Source: Minisyncoccota bacterium (GTDB taxonomy: Bacteria; Patescibacteriota; Minisyncoccia; SW-4-49-11). Taken from it: a stretch of DNA of 64,000 nucleotides. Shown here piece after piece: positions 9,637 to 18,763 of the stretch. Position 1 is the stretch's first letter. The number at the start of each line of letters is the position of its first letter. The position numbers and the translations under genes are program-made. The stretch is taken from the NCBI GenBank assembly GCA_032117235.1, contig JAULZW010000006.1, forward strand, positions 2,532 through 66,531. Direction: 5' to 3'. A model generated the notes under the pieces. That model did no database searches and had not been told where the DNA came from. It saw only the letters and a program-made list of their open reading frames with translations.

Positions 9637-10281
9637 ATGAATAAAAATATTATCATCATTGGATTAGGTCCTAAATTAGGATTTGCTATGGCAAAAAAGT
9701 TTGGGGAGAATGGATTTGTAGTTGGTCTTATTAGTCGTAATGAAATTATGTTAAAGGAGCGGGCTATTTTGTTGCAAGAGCAAGGAATTAGTGTTTTTTA
9801 TCATACAGCTAATGTATATGATAAGGATGAACTTGAGACAGCTATCTCGTTTTTGAAGAATGAAATGGGTATTATAGATGTTTTGTTTTATAATGCTGCA
9901 GGTATGAAAAGGAAAAACCTATTATCTGAAGAAACTGATGATCTCGTGAATGATTTTCGATTAAATGTTGCTCATGTATTTCATTCGGTACAATATCTTT
10001 TGGATGATTTACGACAAACAAAGGGAGCGGTATTATTAACGGGGGGAGGATTTTCGCTCAACCCTAATCATGAATTTGGGTCATTGTCATTGGGTAAGGC
10101 TGGACTAAGAAATTTAGCACTTCAATTGAATGAAGCCTTAAAAGAGGATGATATTTATGTAGGGACGCTCACTATTAATGGGCATATTCAGGTAGAGAGT
10201 AATCTCTATTCACCGTCTATATTAGCTAATATGTTTTGGGAGATGTATATGAGTAGAATAGATACAGAGATAAGATATTAG
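9637..10281 (+). CDS. SDR-like (short-chain dehydrogenase fold) protein
   Basis: N-terminal Rossmann motif 'IIIIGLGPKLGFAMAKKF', then 'YNAAG' and 'GKAGLRNL'. The canonical YxxxK Tyr is not obvious. The alternative start is 9628. Confidence 0.55.
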   Translation: MNKNIIIIGLGPKLGFAMAKKFGENGFVVGLISRNEIMLKERAILLQEQGISVFYHTANVYDKDELETAISFLKNEMGIIDVLFYNAAGMKRKNLLSEETDDLVNDFRLNVAHVFHSVQYLLDDLRQTKGAVLLTGGGFSLNPNHEFGSLSLGKAGLRNLALQLNEALKEDDIYVGTLTINGHIQVESNLYSPSILANMFWEMYMSRIDTEIRY

Positions 10282-10317
10282 GTTTGATATTCTGCTAAAG
10301 TTAATGATTTAGCTATA

Positions 10318-10761
10318 TTAAGTCTCTTTCGTTTTCATAGATAACATAAATAAAAGAATAGATAAAATAATAAACACATAATTCCCTATACCTCCTGGGG
10401 CGACACCTGTGAGGGTAAGGGGTTTGAAAAATCCAAGTATAAGTCTGAGACTATATTCAGTAAAGACAAACAGATACATAAGGGGGATAAGAGCTTTGTA
10501 GCGAATTGTGATGATGAGAAACACTATTCCAAGCAGTAGTTGAGAAATTCCCCATAATCCAAACATAAAAATAACCGTATTAGCACTTTCTACAGAATAG
10601 GTATCGAGTGGAATAGTGGCTATACTTTGTGCTCCACCATCAGGGGCTAATATATGAATTAGACTTCGGACTATAGTTATAAAGATGATAATATAAAAAG
10701 TATAGAGAGCAATAGGATGTCCAGTATAGGTGTTATTTATTTGTTTTGGGAAAATATGCAT
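10318..10761 (-). CDS. Hypothetical polytopic membrane protein
   Basis: 147 aa with about four hydrophobic helices and no recognisable motif. Confidence 0.4.
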   Translation of the reverse strand: MHIFPKQINNTYTGHPIALYTFYIIIFITIVRSLIHILAPDGGAQSIATIPLDTYSVESANTVIFMFGLWGISQLLLGIVFLIITIRYKALIPLMYLFVFTEYSLRLILGFFKPLTLTGVAPGGIGNYVFIILSILLFMLSMKTKET

Positions 10762-11366
10762 ATGCTATTATTTTATCTATATTATATCATAGATGAATAA
10801 AAATGCGGAATAATATGCCTGTCTTATGATTTAATGTAAACTATCAATAATCATAAGTTTGATAGGACTTATTACAGTAAAGAGTCAAATTCTGTATAGA
10901 GACTTTTTATTGTAGAAATAATGTGGTCTTGAGATTTTATTATATCTATATTCTGATTTATTGCATCTGCTATTTATTGGGTAAACCCTGTACCTATAAC
11001 GAATTGAGATACGGACTCTTTATTTGGTTTTTGGCTGAAATATTCCTGAAGTAGTGTATGCCATTTACGAATATCATATTCACTAAGTCCATACTCTATC
11101 TCAGAGGACAATACATCTTGTAAATATTCAATATATGAATATAGTATTTCGTCTTCCAAAAATTTTAATGATTGAGTAATATATGGGGATTCAGGACATA
11201 GTGAATATATCTTATTATCAATAATATATTACTCCCTTACTTTGTCTACAATAGAATGAAATTTTACTCCCGCTAAAAATCTAGTGTTGTCTCACCTATT
11301 TCTAGTTCTCCATTTTTTACATATAATACGTTATATCCATAAGTGATTATGAGTTTTCTTATTTAT

Positions 11367-11570
11367 TTATACTCCAAAACTATACCCCTCCTCAGGTTGC
11401 CAAATATGCCCACATTGCTCACAAAGATGTTTTTTGTGGAGTCTTTTTGACCAATCATCTCTATCAATATGATGCAATCCACATTCAGGGCAATTTATAT
11501 CATTGCGAATAGAGAAGCTCCCAATAATTACTGAATTGCTTGGTTGGGGTTCTTGCTCTTGATTGCTCAT
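11367..11570 (-). CDS. Small zinc-ribbon protein (two CxxC pairs)
   Basis: 67 aa with 'CPECG...HLCEQCGH'. Coding status is uncertain. Confidence 0.35.
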   Translation of the reverse strand: MSNQEQEPQPSNSVIIGSFSIRNDINCPECGLHHIDRDDWSKRLHKKHLCEQCGHIWQPEEGYSFGV

Positions 11571-11615
11571 AATACAATTTACTAAATATTTATTGATTTA
11601 ACTATAACATACTTT

Positions 11616-11817
11616 TGCCCCCCTTCGGAGGGGGTGCCTGAAAGGTAGACTGTAAGTCTGGGAAAGGGGTCGGGAAAACGGGAGTTTTCCCGTGAAGGAA
11701 GGTTGGGAAACCGTGAGGTTTCACAGAAGCAAATCCTATTTGCGACGGGGGCGGATAAAATACAAACTTAAACTCTATCCACCTCCGGCCTGACGGCCAC
11801 CTCCTCCAAAGGAGGAT
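11616..11817. repeat. Full copy (modules A+B) of a GC-rich hairpin-dense element; candidate structured ncRNA or miniature mobile element
   Basis: Consecutive perfect hairpins: CCCCCC-ttcg-GAGGGGG, GGGAAAAC-ggga-GTTTTCCC, GAAACC-gtga-GGTTTC, GCAAAT-cct-ATTTGC, GGATA..TATCC, GGCC-tgac-GGCC and CCTCC-aaa-GGAGG. Module A recurs at 12548-12618 and module B at 38051-38156. Confidence 0.5.
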
Positions 11818-11888
11818 AGTTTTTGTAATAAGCTATGGTCGGTAGTCTAATAATATATAGTAATCTTTTTTGTCTACGATCTCTTCTA

Positions 11889-11917
11889 TTGTACGGATAG
11901 GAGAAATGGGTTAGAAT
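11889..11917 (+). promoter_or_regulatory. Conserved promoter cassette, copy 3 (TTGTAC-N17-TAGAAT)
   Basis: TTGTAC at 11889-11894, spacer GGATAGGAGAAATGGGT, TAGAAT at 11912-11917, upstream of the 11949 CDS. Confidence 0.45.
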
Positions 11918-11948
11918 TAGTTTTATAATATAGCAAAAAACACTTAAT

Positions 11949-12236
11949 ATGGAAGCAATAATAGGAGCTTTAAGCACATTTAATCCACTTATTGCGCTAC
12001 TAATTCTAGTAGCATATATTGTTATAGATGCACTTTATGCAAAGTATACCTTAGATATTGCCAATTATAATGAATATAGAGCTGCTACTGTTGGTTCAAT
12101 TATACACTTTTGTATTGCATTTGGAGTAATTAATTATACTGAAAACTGGCTTTATATTTTCCCCCTTGCTATTGGATCATGGATTGGAACTTTTTTGATG
12201 GTAAAAAGAGAGCGTCTCAAGAAAAAGAAAGAGTAA
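11949..12236 (+). CDS. Small hypothetical membrane protein
   Basis: 95 aa with two or three TM helices and a Lys-rich C-terminus. It is preceded by promoter cassette copy 3. Confidence 0.4.
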   Translation: MEAIIGALSTFNPLIALLILVAYIVIDALYAKYTLDIANYNEYRAATVGSIIHFCIAFGVINYTENWLYIFPLAIGSWIGTFLMVKRERLKKKKE

Positions 12237-12377
12237 CTGTGTATCTCTAGAATTATAGGCTATATATAATGTAAATTATTTATAATTATAAATCTATAAT
12301 CACTTTATACCTTTTGAATAAGAATAAGTTGCAAAATTATGAAAATTTAGGTATACTAAAATAGTTAATTTAATTAT

Positions 12378-12468
12378 GGAGAGATGGCTGAGCTGGTCGA
12401 AAGCACCACACTGCTAACGTGGCATAGGGTAAAACTTATCAAGGGTTCGAATCCCTTTCTCTCCGCCA
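12378..12468 (+). tRNA. tRNA-Ser (anticodon GCT), type II with a long variable arm and an encoded CCA
   Basis: Acceptor GGAGAGA/TCTCTCC, anticodon loop CTGCTAA, variable arm ATAGG..CTTAT, T-arm AGGG-TTCGAAT-CCCT, discriminator G, then CCA. Confidence 0.9.
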
Positions 12469-12496
12469 AAATTAAGAATAGGGATAATATCCCGAC

Positions 12497-12648
12497 CTTT
12501 AATTTATGGGAGTTAGTAAAAAGGGATTCGAATCCAGGGAAGGGGGCGGGAAACGGGAGTTTCCCGTGGAGGATGTATTGAAACCGAGTGGTTTCAAGGA
12601 GCAAATCCCATTTGCGACAGGTTCGTAATCCCTTTCTCTCCGCCAAAA
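12497..12648 (+). repeat. Degenerate tandem copy of tRNA-Ser (pseudo-tRNA) whose middle is occupied by module A of the GC-rich hairpin element. It ends in a near-exact 28-nt repeat of the tRNA-Ser 3' end.
   Basis: The upstream context and 5' segment ('taatttatgggag') echo the true tRNA ('taattatggagag'). 12620-12648 ('ggttcgtaatccctttctctccgccaaaa') repeats the true 3' end with one indel. 12548-12618 is module A. Confidence 0.5.
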
Positions 12649-12681
12649 TATAGAGGATAGGGCTATCAGTTATTTTGTAAG

Positions 12682-13443
12682 ATGAAACTTATATCATTAA
12701 ATACATGGGGTGGTCGAGCAGGGAAGGAAAATCTTCTTGAGTTTTTTAAGGCTTATAAAGATGTAGATATTTTTTGTTTACAGGAAATTTGGGCTGCTCC
12801 ATATGAAAATCTAGAATATGACTCTGTTAGTGGATTTAGTATTGATGATGATTATGCTAAATTTTATATTCAAGAAGTTGTAGATTTGATAACAACTCAT
12901 ACAGCATATTTTAGACCACAATATTCTGATTATTGGGGCCTGATGATATTAATCAAAAAAGATATAAATGTAATTTCAGAGGGGGAGCTTTTCGTCCATA
13001 AAGAAAAGGACTATATTCCTGAAGGAGATATTGGATTACATGCACGAAATATACAATTTGCGACAATTGCAACTCCGAATGGGCACAGGTCTATTATCAA
13101 TTTTCATGGATTATGGAATGGTAAAGGAAAAGGGGATAGCGAAGATAGACTATTACAATCAGATAAAATAATTGAGTTTATACAAACTTTAGCTAATCCA
13201 TATATTATAGCTTGAGATTTTAATCTATTGCCGGATACTCAGAGTATTAAAAAGTTTGAGGACTTGGGACTGAATAATCTCATCAAAGAATATAATATTA
13301 CTTCAACACGTACGAGTTTTTATACTAAGCCCGAAAAATTTGCCGATTATGTGTTTACCGATAAAGATATTACTATAAAAGACTTTAAGGTATTACCTGA
13401 TGAGGTATCTGATCATAGTGCTTTGTATTTGGAATTTGAATAA
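12682..13443 (+). pseudogene. Endonuclease/exonuclease/phosphatase (EEP) family protein interrupted by an in-frame TGA at 13213-13215
   Basis: ORFs 12682-13215 and 13228-13443 share a frame. The sequence reads 'PYIIA*DFNLLPD', so the stop sits where the EEP 'GDFN' Gly is expected. The C-terminus has 'SDHSALY', as in the EEP family. Confidence 0.6.
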
Positions 13444-13494
13444 TTTCAAACTTCTCGATTTTGCAACCAAGATAGATAGGTATATAGTTATTTA

Positions 13495-14118
13495 TTATCT
13501 CACCTCTAAAATTTCCTCCATATCAAATCGGACTTTTGGCCAGCTTTGATGATCATCTTCCGAACTGCGGTAGCCAAGTCCAATTAGGGTGACGGCGGTA
13601 TAATCTTTGAGCCCTAATATCTCGGTTACTTTCGTAGCATCAAACCCTTCCATAGGGGCGGCATCTACTTCAAGTTGAGCGGCTGTTAGTAATAGTATCC
13701 CAAGTGAAATATAGGCTTGTCTACGGCTCCAATCAAAGAATTTTTCAGGTTTAGTTTTATCTACAAATCCTTGTAACATATTGTGATATCCCTCAAGCTC
13801 AGAAATTTCTACTTTTCGTGCTTCAGCTGCTTTGCTAATAATACGATTGACATAAGGAGAATCAAGTGTATTAGGTATAGTAAGTACCAGTAAGGTAGGA
13901 GATGTCTTTATCGAATCTTGCTTGAACCCAGCTTCGAATATTTGATTACGAATTTCTGGGGATTGTATAGAGATATATTTCCATGGTTGAAAATTCATAG
14001 ATGAGGGGGATAGTCGTGCCGCCTCTATAATGGTATGCAATATATCCTCTGAGATAGCAGTAGGTAGGAATTTATCTGTGGCATAGCGCCAATTGAGGGC
14101 TTCTAATATAGATTTCAT
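13495..14118 (-). CDS. Nitroreductase-family NAD(P)H oxidoreductase
   Basis: 207 aa with 'LNWRYATDKF', 'IEAARLSPSSMNFQPW' and 'GLGYRSSEDD', a typical nitroreductase layout. Confidence 0.7.
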   Translation of the reverse strand: MKSILEALNWRYATDKFLPTAISEDILHTIIEAARLSPSSMNFQPWKYISIQSPEIRNQIFEAGFKQDSIKTSPTLLVLTIPNTLDSPYVNRIISKAAEARKVEISELEGYHNMLQGFVDKTKPEKFFDWSRRQAYISLGILLLTAAQLEVDAAPMEGFDATKVTEILGLKDYTAVTLIGLGYRSSEDDHQSWPKVRFDMEEILEVR

Positions 14119-14224
14119 TTTGGTAAATTTAATTATTTCATATTGTTAACAAGTATATTATAGCAAAATATTAAAAAATATGATATAATTTTAATATAAA
14201 GTAAACTCACTTAATCAATAAAAT

Positions 14225-16183
14225 ATGAAACTTATAAATAAAATTAATAGACTAATTGGAGTGGCTTTTGTTTTTTATGTATGTCTGCCTTTTGTAGCTC
14301 AAGCTAATAGCTTAAGCTTTCCTAATGGAATTTTATTAAAATCTACTAATAATCCAAAGGTTTATTATATAGAAAATGGTAAAAAAAGACCAATTGAGTC
14401 ACCCAATATGCTGAAGTCTCAGTTTAGATGGGATGATTTAGTAGTGAGCACTCCTGTAGAATTAGATTCTATACCAATTGGGGAGGAGATGACATATAGA
14501 GATGGGTCTTTATTATCCAACCGTGGAGCAGTATATGTAATTTCAGATGGTGCGCGCAGACCAGTAGAGTCAGCAAATACATTTTTACAAAAAGGCTATA
14601 AATGGAGTAATGTAATAGCAGTTAGTGATGCTGAGTTGGCCCCTCATCCACAAGGAGCTATGTTGGTGGCTAGTGAAAAACATCCAAATGGTAGTTTATT
14701 GGTAAGACCGGGAGGTGAGGTTTATGTGATTAAAAATGGGCAGAGAAGATATATTCCAAGTCCACTTATATTTCAAGCAAGATATCGTTGGGAGTCTCTG
14801 ATTGATGTCTCAGAGTTATATCTGAATACGTATCCACAAGGAGCTAATGAATTTTATCCCGATGGGTTGCTAATATCTAGTGCCACGGGAGTATTTATGA
14901 TGCAGAATAATGTAAGACAGCCTATTACTTCTCCTGCAGTTTTTGAGAGCTATGGCCTTAATTGGGGACAGGTGAGACGGGCTACAGATTTTGAATTATC
15001 TATTATCCCAGAATCTGGAGCTTTTAATAGGGTGAAACAATATGAAGGAGGCTCTATTATTGGAGCTTCTAGTGGTCCTGTATATCGTGTGGCTAATGAT
15101 GGAAGTTTGCAATATATTTCCAGTCCTAAAATTTTTGCAAGTCAAGGATATAGTTGGGATTCCGTACTAAGATTACCAGACAGTGTTGTAGATAAATATA
15201 CAAAAGCAGGAAGAGTTGGATTTGGTAATGGAACTTTAATTTCTTATAATGGAGGAGTTTATTGGATTGAAAATGGATTAAAAAGACCAGTACCAAGTCC
15301 CGCAATATTTAATGCCAGAGGATTTAGATGGAATAATGTAACTGCGGTTTCGGAGGATGAATTTAATGCCAATGCTATGGGGCAGGCTTTATCTGATATC
15401 CAATCTGCTAGTATAGATGGGTATATCATTCCAGCTACTAGCGGTAGAACTGCTCGAGAACAGCACTTAGCTCGAGATTGTAATGAAACAAGTGCTGATC
15501 ATTATGGACGAGCTTTAACTTCAGCTTCAGCACAAAATGGATTATTAACTACTGGAGGAGCCTTTGCTTTAACTTGTCCAGCAGGAAGTCTTAATTCAAG
15601 TTATGCTCCATTTAGTGTTGATGAAGAGAAATATTATATTACTATGCGTTGGAATTATGTAAGATGGTATGAGGCTACTAGTACTTTGACTCAGAATATT
15701 TCTGTTACTTCGGATAGAATTTTACTAACATCAGTAGCTGATTTTCCTAATACTGGTTGGGTTATAATTAATGGAGAGATTATTGCCTATAGTGGAAAGG
15801 ATGGTAATAGTTTAATAGTATCTCAGCGAGGTGTAGATAGTCCAGCTGTGGCAGCAAGTCCACGAGCTCATAATTCAGGAAGTACAGTACAAGAAGTATA
15901 TGAATATAGGTCAGATACTTGGCGCGGTAGAACTCGTACAGCTGAAATTTCAAACACATCTCAATCTAAAAACTGGCATCGGGGAAGAAAAGTTTTAGTA
16001 ACCAATCCATCCAATGGTAGAATGTTGGTAGCATCTATTATGGAATCAGGACCTGCTATATTTACAAATCGTGTGTCCGGGCTGTCTCCAGAAGCTATGT
16101 TAGAATTAGGTATATCTACTGACTCTAATTTAGAGTATGGGTTCTTAATTGATCAATCAATACCAGTTGGACCATTACAATAA
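14225..16183 (+). CDS. Secreted repeat protein (about six copies of a 65-70-aa module) with a C-terminal RlpA-like double-psi beta-barrel domain
   Basis: Signal peptide present. Repeats follow the pattern 'DGSLL...VYxIxNGxKRPIxSPxxFxxxGYxWxxV'. The C-terminal 'KVLVTNPSNGRMLVASIMESGPAIFTNRVSGLSPEAMLELG' resembles an RlpA/DPBB domain. Confidence 0.55.
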   Translation: MKLINKINRLIGVAFVFYVCLPFVAQANSLSFPNGILLKSTNNPKVYYIENGKKRPIESPNMLKSQFRWDDLVVSTPVELDSIPIGEEMTYRDGSLLSNRGAVYVISDGARRPVESANTFLQKGYKWSNVIAVSDAELAPHPQGAMLVASEKHPNGSLLVRPGGEVYVIKNGQRRYIPSPLIFQARYRWESLIDVSELYLNTYPQGANEFYPDGLLISSATGVFMMQNNVRQPITSPAVFESYGLNWGQVRRATDFELSIIPESGAFNRVKQYEGGSIIGASSGPVYRVANDGSLQYISSPKIFASQGYSWDSVLRLPDSVVDKYTKAGRVGFGNGTLISYNGGVYWIENGLKRPVPSPAIFNARGFRWNNVTAVSEDEFNANAMGQALSDIQSASIDGYIIPATSGRTAREQHLARDCNETSADHYGRALTSASAQNGLLTTGGAFALTCPAGSLNSSYAPFSVDEEKYYITMRWNYVRWYEATSTLTQNISVTSDRILLTSVADFPNTGWVIINGEIIAYSGKDGNSLIVSQRGVDSPAVAASPRAHNSGSTVQEVYEYRSDTWRGRTRTAEISNTSQSKNWHRGRKVLVTNPSNGRMLVASIMESGPAIFTNRVSGLSPEAMLELGISTDSNLEYGFLIDQSIPVGPLQ

Positions 16184-17778
16184 TGAGACAAAAAAATATT
16201 TTTTTTATTTGCCTAATAGCATTGTTATTTATAGGGTATAATCCTATAATTAGTTTTGCTAGTACTCCTAATATACAAGCTCGTAATACTTGGGCAACAG
16301 ATAGTGATAATAATTTTACCAATAATATTTGGCCACCTAATGTCAATAATACTTTTCAAGTAAAGCGAATTCTAATTCATGATACAGCCATACCTAGTTT
16401 TAATAGTGATTCTCTAGATTCTAGGCAAATGACGAGATCTATTTTTATTATGCATGCCAGAGATAATGGTTGGGGAGATATTGGGTATAATTATCTTATT
16501 GCTCGGGACGGTACAGTTTATCAGGGAAGAATGGGACAAAATGGAGTAAGAGGTGCTCATCTTTATGTTAATCGAACAGGAGATAATTTTAATTATCAAA
16601 GTGTCGGTATCGCTTTATTAGGTCAATATGGTAGTGGTTATTCAACAGCACCAGAAGCTATGAAACAATCTTTAGCTAAATTATCTGGATGGCTTAGCTC
16701 AGTAAACAGTGTTTCTCCGACTGATTTTGTAAATGAGCCAATTTGGAATTTTTATACCAAGGGATATACCTCTACTTATAACGGATTTAGAGTTTCTGAC
16801 CATGGTGAGATTGAAGCTGGAAATGGAGATACTAATATGGTAGATATGTCTTGGCTTAGAAATAGAGCTCAAGAATGGAAACAATATTATGACAACTCAG
16901 TTTATCGTACAGAAAATGGAAGGATTTATAATATTCAAAACGGTATAAAAACTCCTACAGGTAATATTGGTGGTAAAACTATAATCAATATTAGTTCAAC
17001 AGAAATTAATTTGTTCCCAGATACTACCGATATTAGAACTTTTCCTGACGGATCATTATTAAGAACAGATACTGGAGTTGGATATTTGGAAAATGGAAGT
17101 ATTAGACCTATTATAAATCCAGATATTTTTAATTCTAGATTTAATTGGAAGGATGTAATAGATATTACAAGAGCAGAGTGGAACTCTTATCCATTAGCTT
17201 CAGCTCTAACTTTTAGAGAGGGTATGTTGGTTAGGGAGAGGAGTAATTCAGATGTATATGTAATTAGTAATCAGCAAAGAAGACATATTCCGTCTCCAGT
17301 TACATTTGAGAATTTGGGTTATCAATGGATTAATATAACTACTATTGCAGATGGGACTTTAGATATTTCTCATCCAAAGGGAGTTCCAATGCAATCTAGT
17401 CCATATCCTGATGGAACATTATTGGTGAATAGAGATAATCCTACCGGGATTGAGTTGTTAGAAAATGGTAAAAGAAGACCAATTCCAAGCCCTGAAGTAT
17501 TTGATACTCAATATAATTATAAAGATCTAGTTCGTGTATCGGGAAGTGAATGGAATTCTTATCCACAAGGATCTGCTGTATATTTTCGGGATGGAGTTAT
17601 TCTGAGAGCATCAGGCAGAGGAGAGGTATATATAATGTCTAATGGTAAAAAAAGATATGTCACTTCACCTTTTGTTTTTGAAAGATTAGGATATAAATGG
17701 AATAATATAAAAGTAGTATCTTCAGCTGGTTTGGATAGTGTTCCTTCGGGTAGTCCAATCACAGAAGATATGTTATAA
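16183..17778 (+). CDS. N-acetylmuramoyl-L-alanine amidase (amidase_2 / PGRP domain) fused to the same repeat module
   Basis: Signal peptide present. 'IHDTA...FIMHARDNGWGDIGYNYLIARDGTVYQGR...GAHLYVNRTGDN...SVGIALLGQY' matches the amidase_2/PGRP pattern. It is followed by five or six copies of the 65-70-aa repeat. Confidence 0.7.
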   Translation: MRQKNIFFICLIALLFIGYNPIISFASTPNIQARNTWATDSDNNFTNNIWPPNVNNTFQVKRILIHDTAIPSFNSDSLDSRQMTRSIFIMHARDNGWGDIGYNYLIARDGTVYQGRMGQNGVRGAHLYVNRTGDNFNYQSVGIALLGQYGSGYSTAPEAMKQSLAKLSGWLSSVNSVSPTDFVNEPIWNFYTKGYTSTYNGFRVSDHGEIEAGNGDTNMVDMSWLRNRAQEWKQYYDNSVYRTENGRIYNIQNGIKTPTGNIGGKTIINISSTEINLFPDTTDIRTFPDGSLLRTDTGVGYLENGSIRPIINPDIFNSRFNWKDVIDITRAEWNSYPLASALTFREGMLVRERSNSDVYVISNQQRRHIPSPVTFENLGYQWINITTIADGTLDISHPKGVPMQSSPYPDGTLLVNRDNPTGIELLENGKRRPIPSPEVFDTQYNYKDLVRVSGSEWNSYPQGSAVYFRDGVILRASGRGEVYIMSNGKKRYVTSPFVFERLGYKWNNIKVVSSAGLDSVPSGSPITEDML

Positions 17779-17826
17779 TATTTATCTTGCAAAAAAGTTT
17801 AGTTTATGATATACTTATACTTAAAT

Positions 17827-17900
17827 GCGCGTGTAGCTCAGCTGGTTAGAGCGCTACACTGATAATGTAGAGGTCCCATGTTCAAGTCATGGCATGCGCA
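17827..17900 (+). tRNA. tRNA-Ile (anticodon GAT)
   Basis: GCGCGTG acceptor, D-arm GCTC/GAGC, anticodon loop CTGATAA, T-arm CCATG-TTCAAGT-CATGG. Confidence 0.9.
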
Positions 17901-17920
17901 CACTTTAGATAGAATAAATG

Positions 17921-18757
17921 TTACTTTAATTCTCCAGATCTTAACTTCTTTAGATTGGCTAAGTTTTGTATTAGCGCCCAAACAGTCAGAGGCCCAACAC
18001 CTCCTGGAACTGGAGTGACTTGTCCTTTAAAATCAAAGTTTTTGTGATAAATATCTCCTCTAATTTTATTATTTTCGTCTTTTAGAATACCAACATCAAC
18101 TATAATTTGATTCTCTCTAAATGTAATGTCTTTTAGTATTTTAGAATTTCCAGTAGCGGAGATTATGATATCGGATAAAGTAATTAATTGCTTTAAATTT
18201 TGAGTTTCTTTATGAGCTAAGATTGGTGTGGCTCCAAAGGCAGGCAGTATGGTAGCTAAAGGTTTTCCTACTAGAACGCTATCATTTATTATCAATACGG
18301 TTTTTCCAACTAAATCAATATTATAATAATCAAATAACAGAATAATCCCTTTAGGAGTAGCTGGAATAATAGGAGCTAAATTAGCACTAATTCGGCTTTG
18401 AAATAGTTTGCCTAACCAATAATCAGTGAGCCCATCAGCATCTTTTAAAGGGGTAATTGTATTAAGAATAGTATGCTCTTCTATAAAGGGGGAGAGGGGT
18501 AACTGTACAATAATACCATCAATACCAGTATATTGATTTAATGCTTTGATAGCCTCAACTAAATCTTCTTGAGATATATCTACGGGATATTGGAATAATT
18601 GTAATTTACCTCCTACATCTTTGAGTGCTTGGGACTTTTTTTCAATATAAATTTTAGAGGCCATATCATCACCAACTAGTATCACAGCCAAATTCAAACC
18701 CTGAGGAATAGTAGGTATTATATTTTCAATAATAGGTTTAGCAGATAATAAATTCAT
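17921..18757 (-). CDS. folD: Bifunctional methylene-THF dehydrogenase/cyclohydrolase FolD
   Basis: 278 aa. 'LAVILVGDDMASKIY', 'IIVQLPL' and 'PVPGGVGPLTVWAL' are characteristic FolD motifs. Confidence 0.9.
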   Translation of the reverse strand: MNLLSAKPIIENIIPTIPQGLNLAVILVGDDMASKIYIEKKSQALKDVGGKLQLFQYPVDISQEDLVEAIKALNQYTGIDGIIVQLPLSPFIEEHTILNTITPLKDADGLTDYWLGKLFQSRISANLAPIIPATPKGIILLFDYYNIDLVGKTVLIINDSVLVGKPLATILPAFGATPILAHKETQNLKQLITLSDIIISATGNSKILKDITFRENQIIVDVGILKDENNKIRGDIYHKNFDFKGQVTPVPGGVGPLTVWALIQNLANLKKLRSGELK

Positions 18758-18763
18758 ATTAAA

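Noticed and set aside
11590-11830. The GC-rich hairpin region as tmRNA, SRP RNA, 6S RNA or RNase P RNA
   Set aside because: It has no T-loop (GGTTCGAAT) or tRNA-like acceptor end, no SRP domain-IV motif and no P4 strands. The true RNase P RNA is found separately at 60386-60713.
11768-11977. The 69-aa minus-strand ORF
   Set aside because: It overlaps module B of the hairpin element and promoter cassette copy 3, and its translation is Arg-rich from reading GC-rich hairpins.
12374-12646. Tracked ORFs 12384-12581 (+) and 12374-12646 (-)
   Set aside because: They overlap tRNA-Ser(GCT) and the hairpin repeat and have GC-rich low-complexity translations, so they are spurious.
12682-13443. A genome-wide alternative genetic code (code 25, UGA=Gly), suggested by the TGA at the GDFN Gly
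   Set aside because: Essentially every other gene in the 64 kb is a long intact ORF under the standard code, and this is the only conserved-motif in-frame TGA seen. A code-25 genome would fragment most genes. It is kept as a finding only at the level of a single site.
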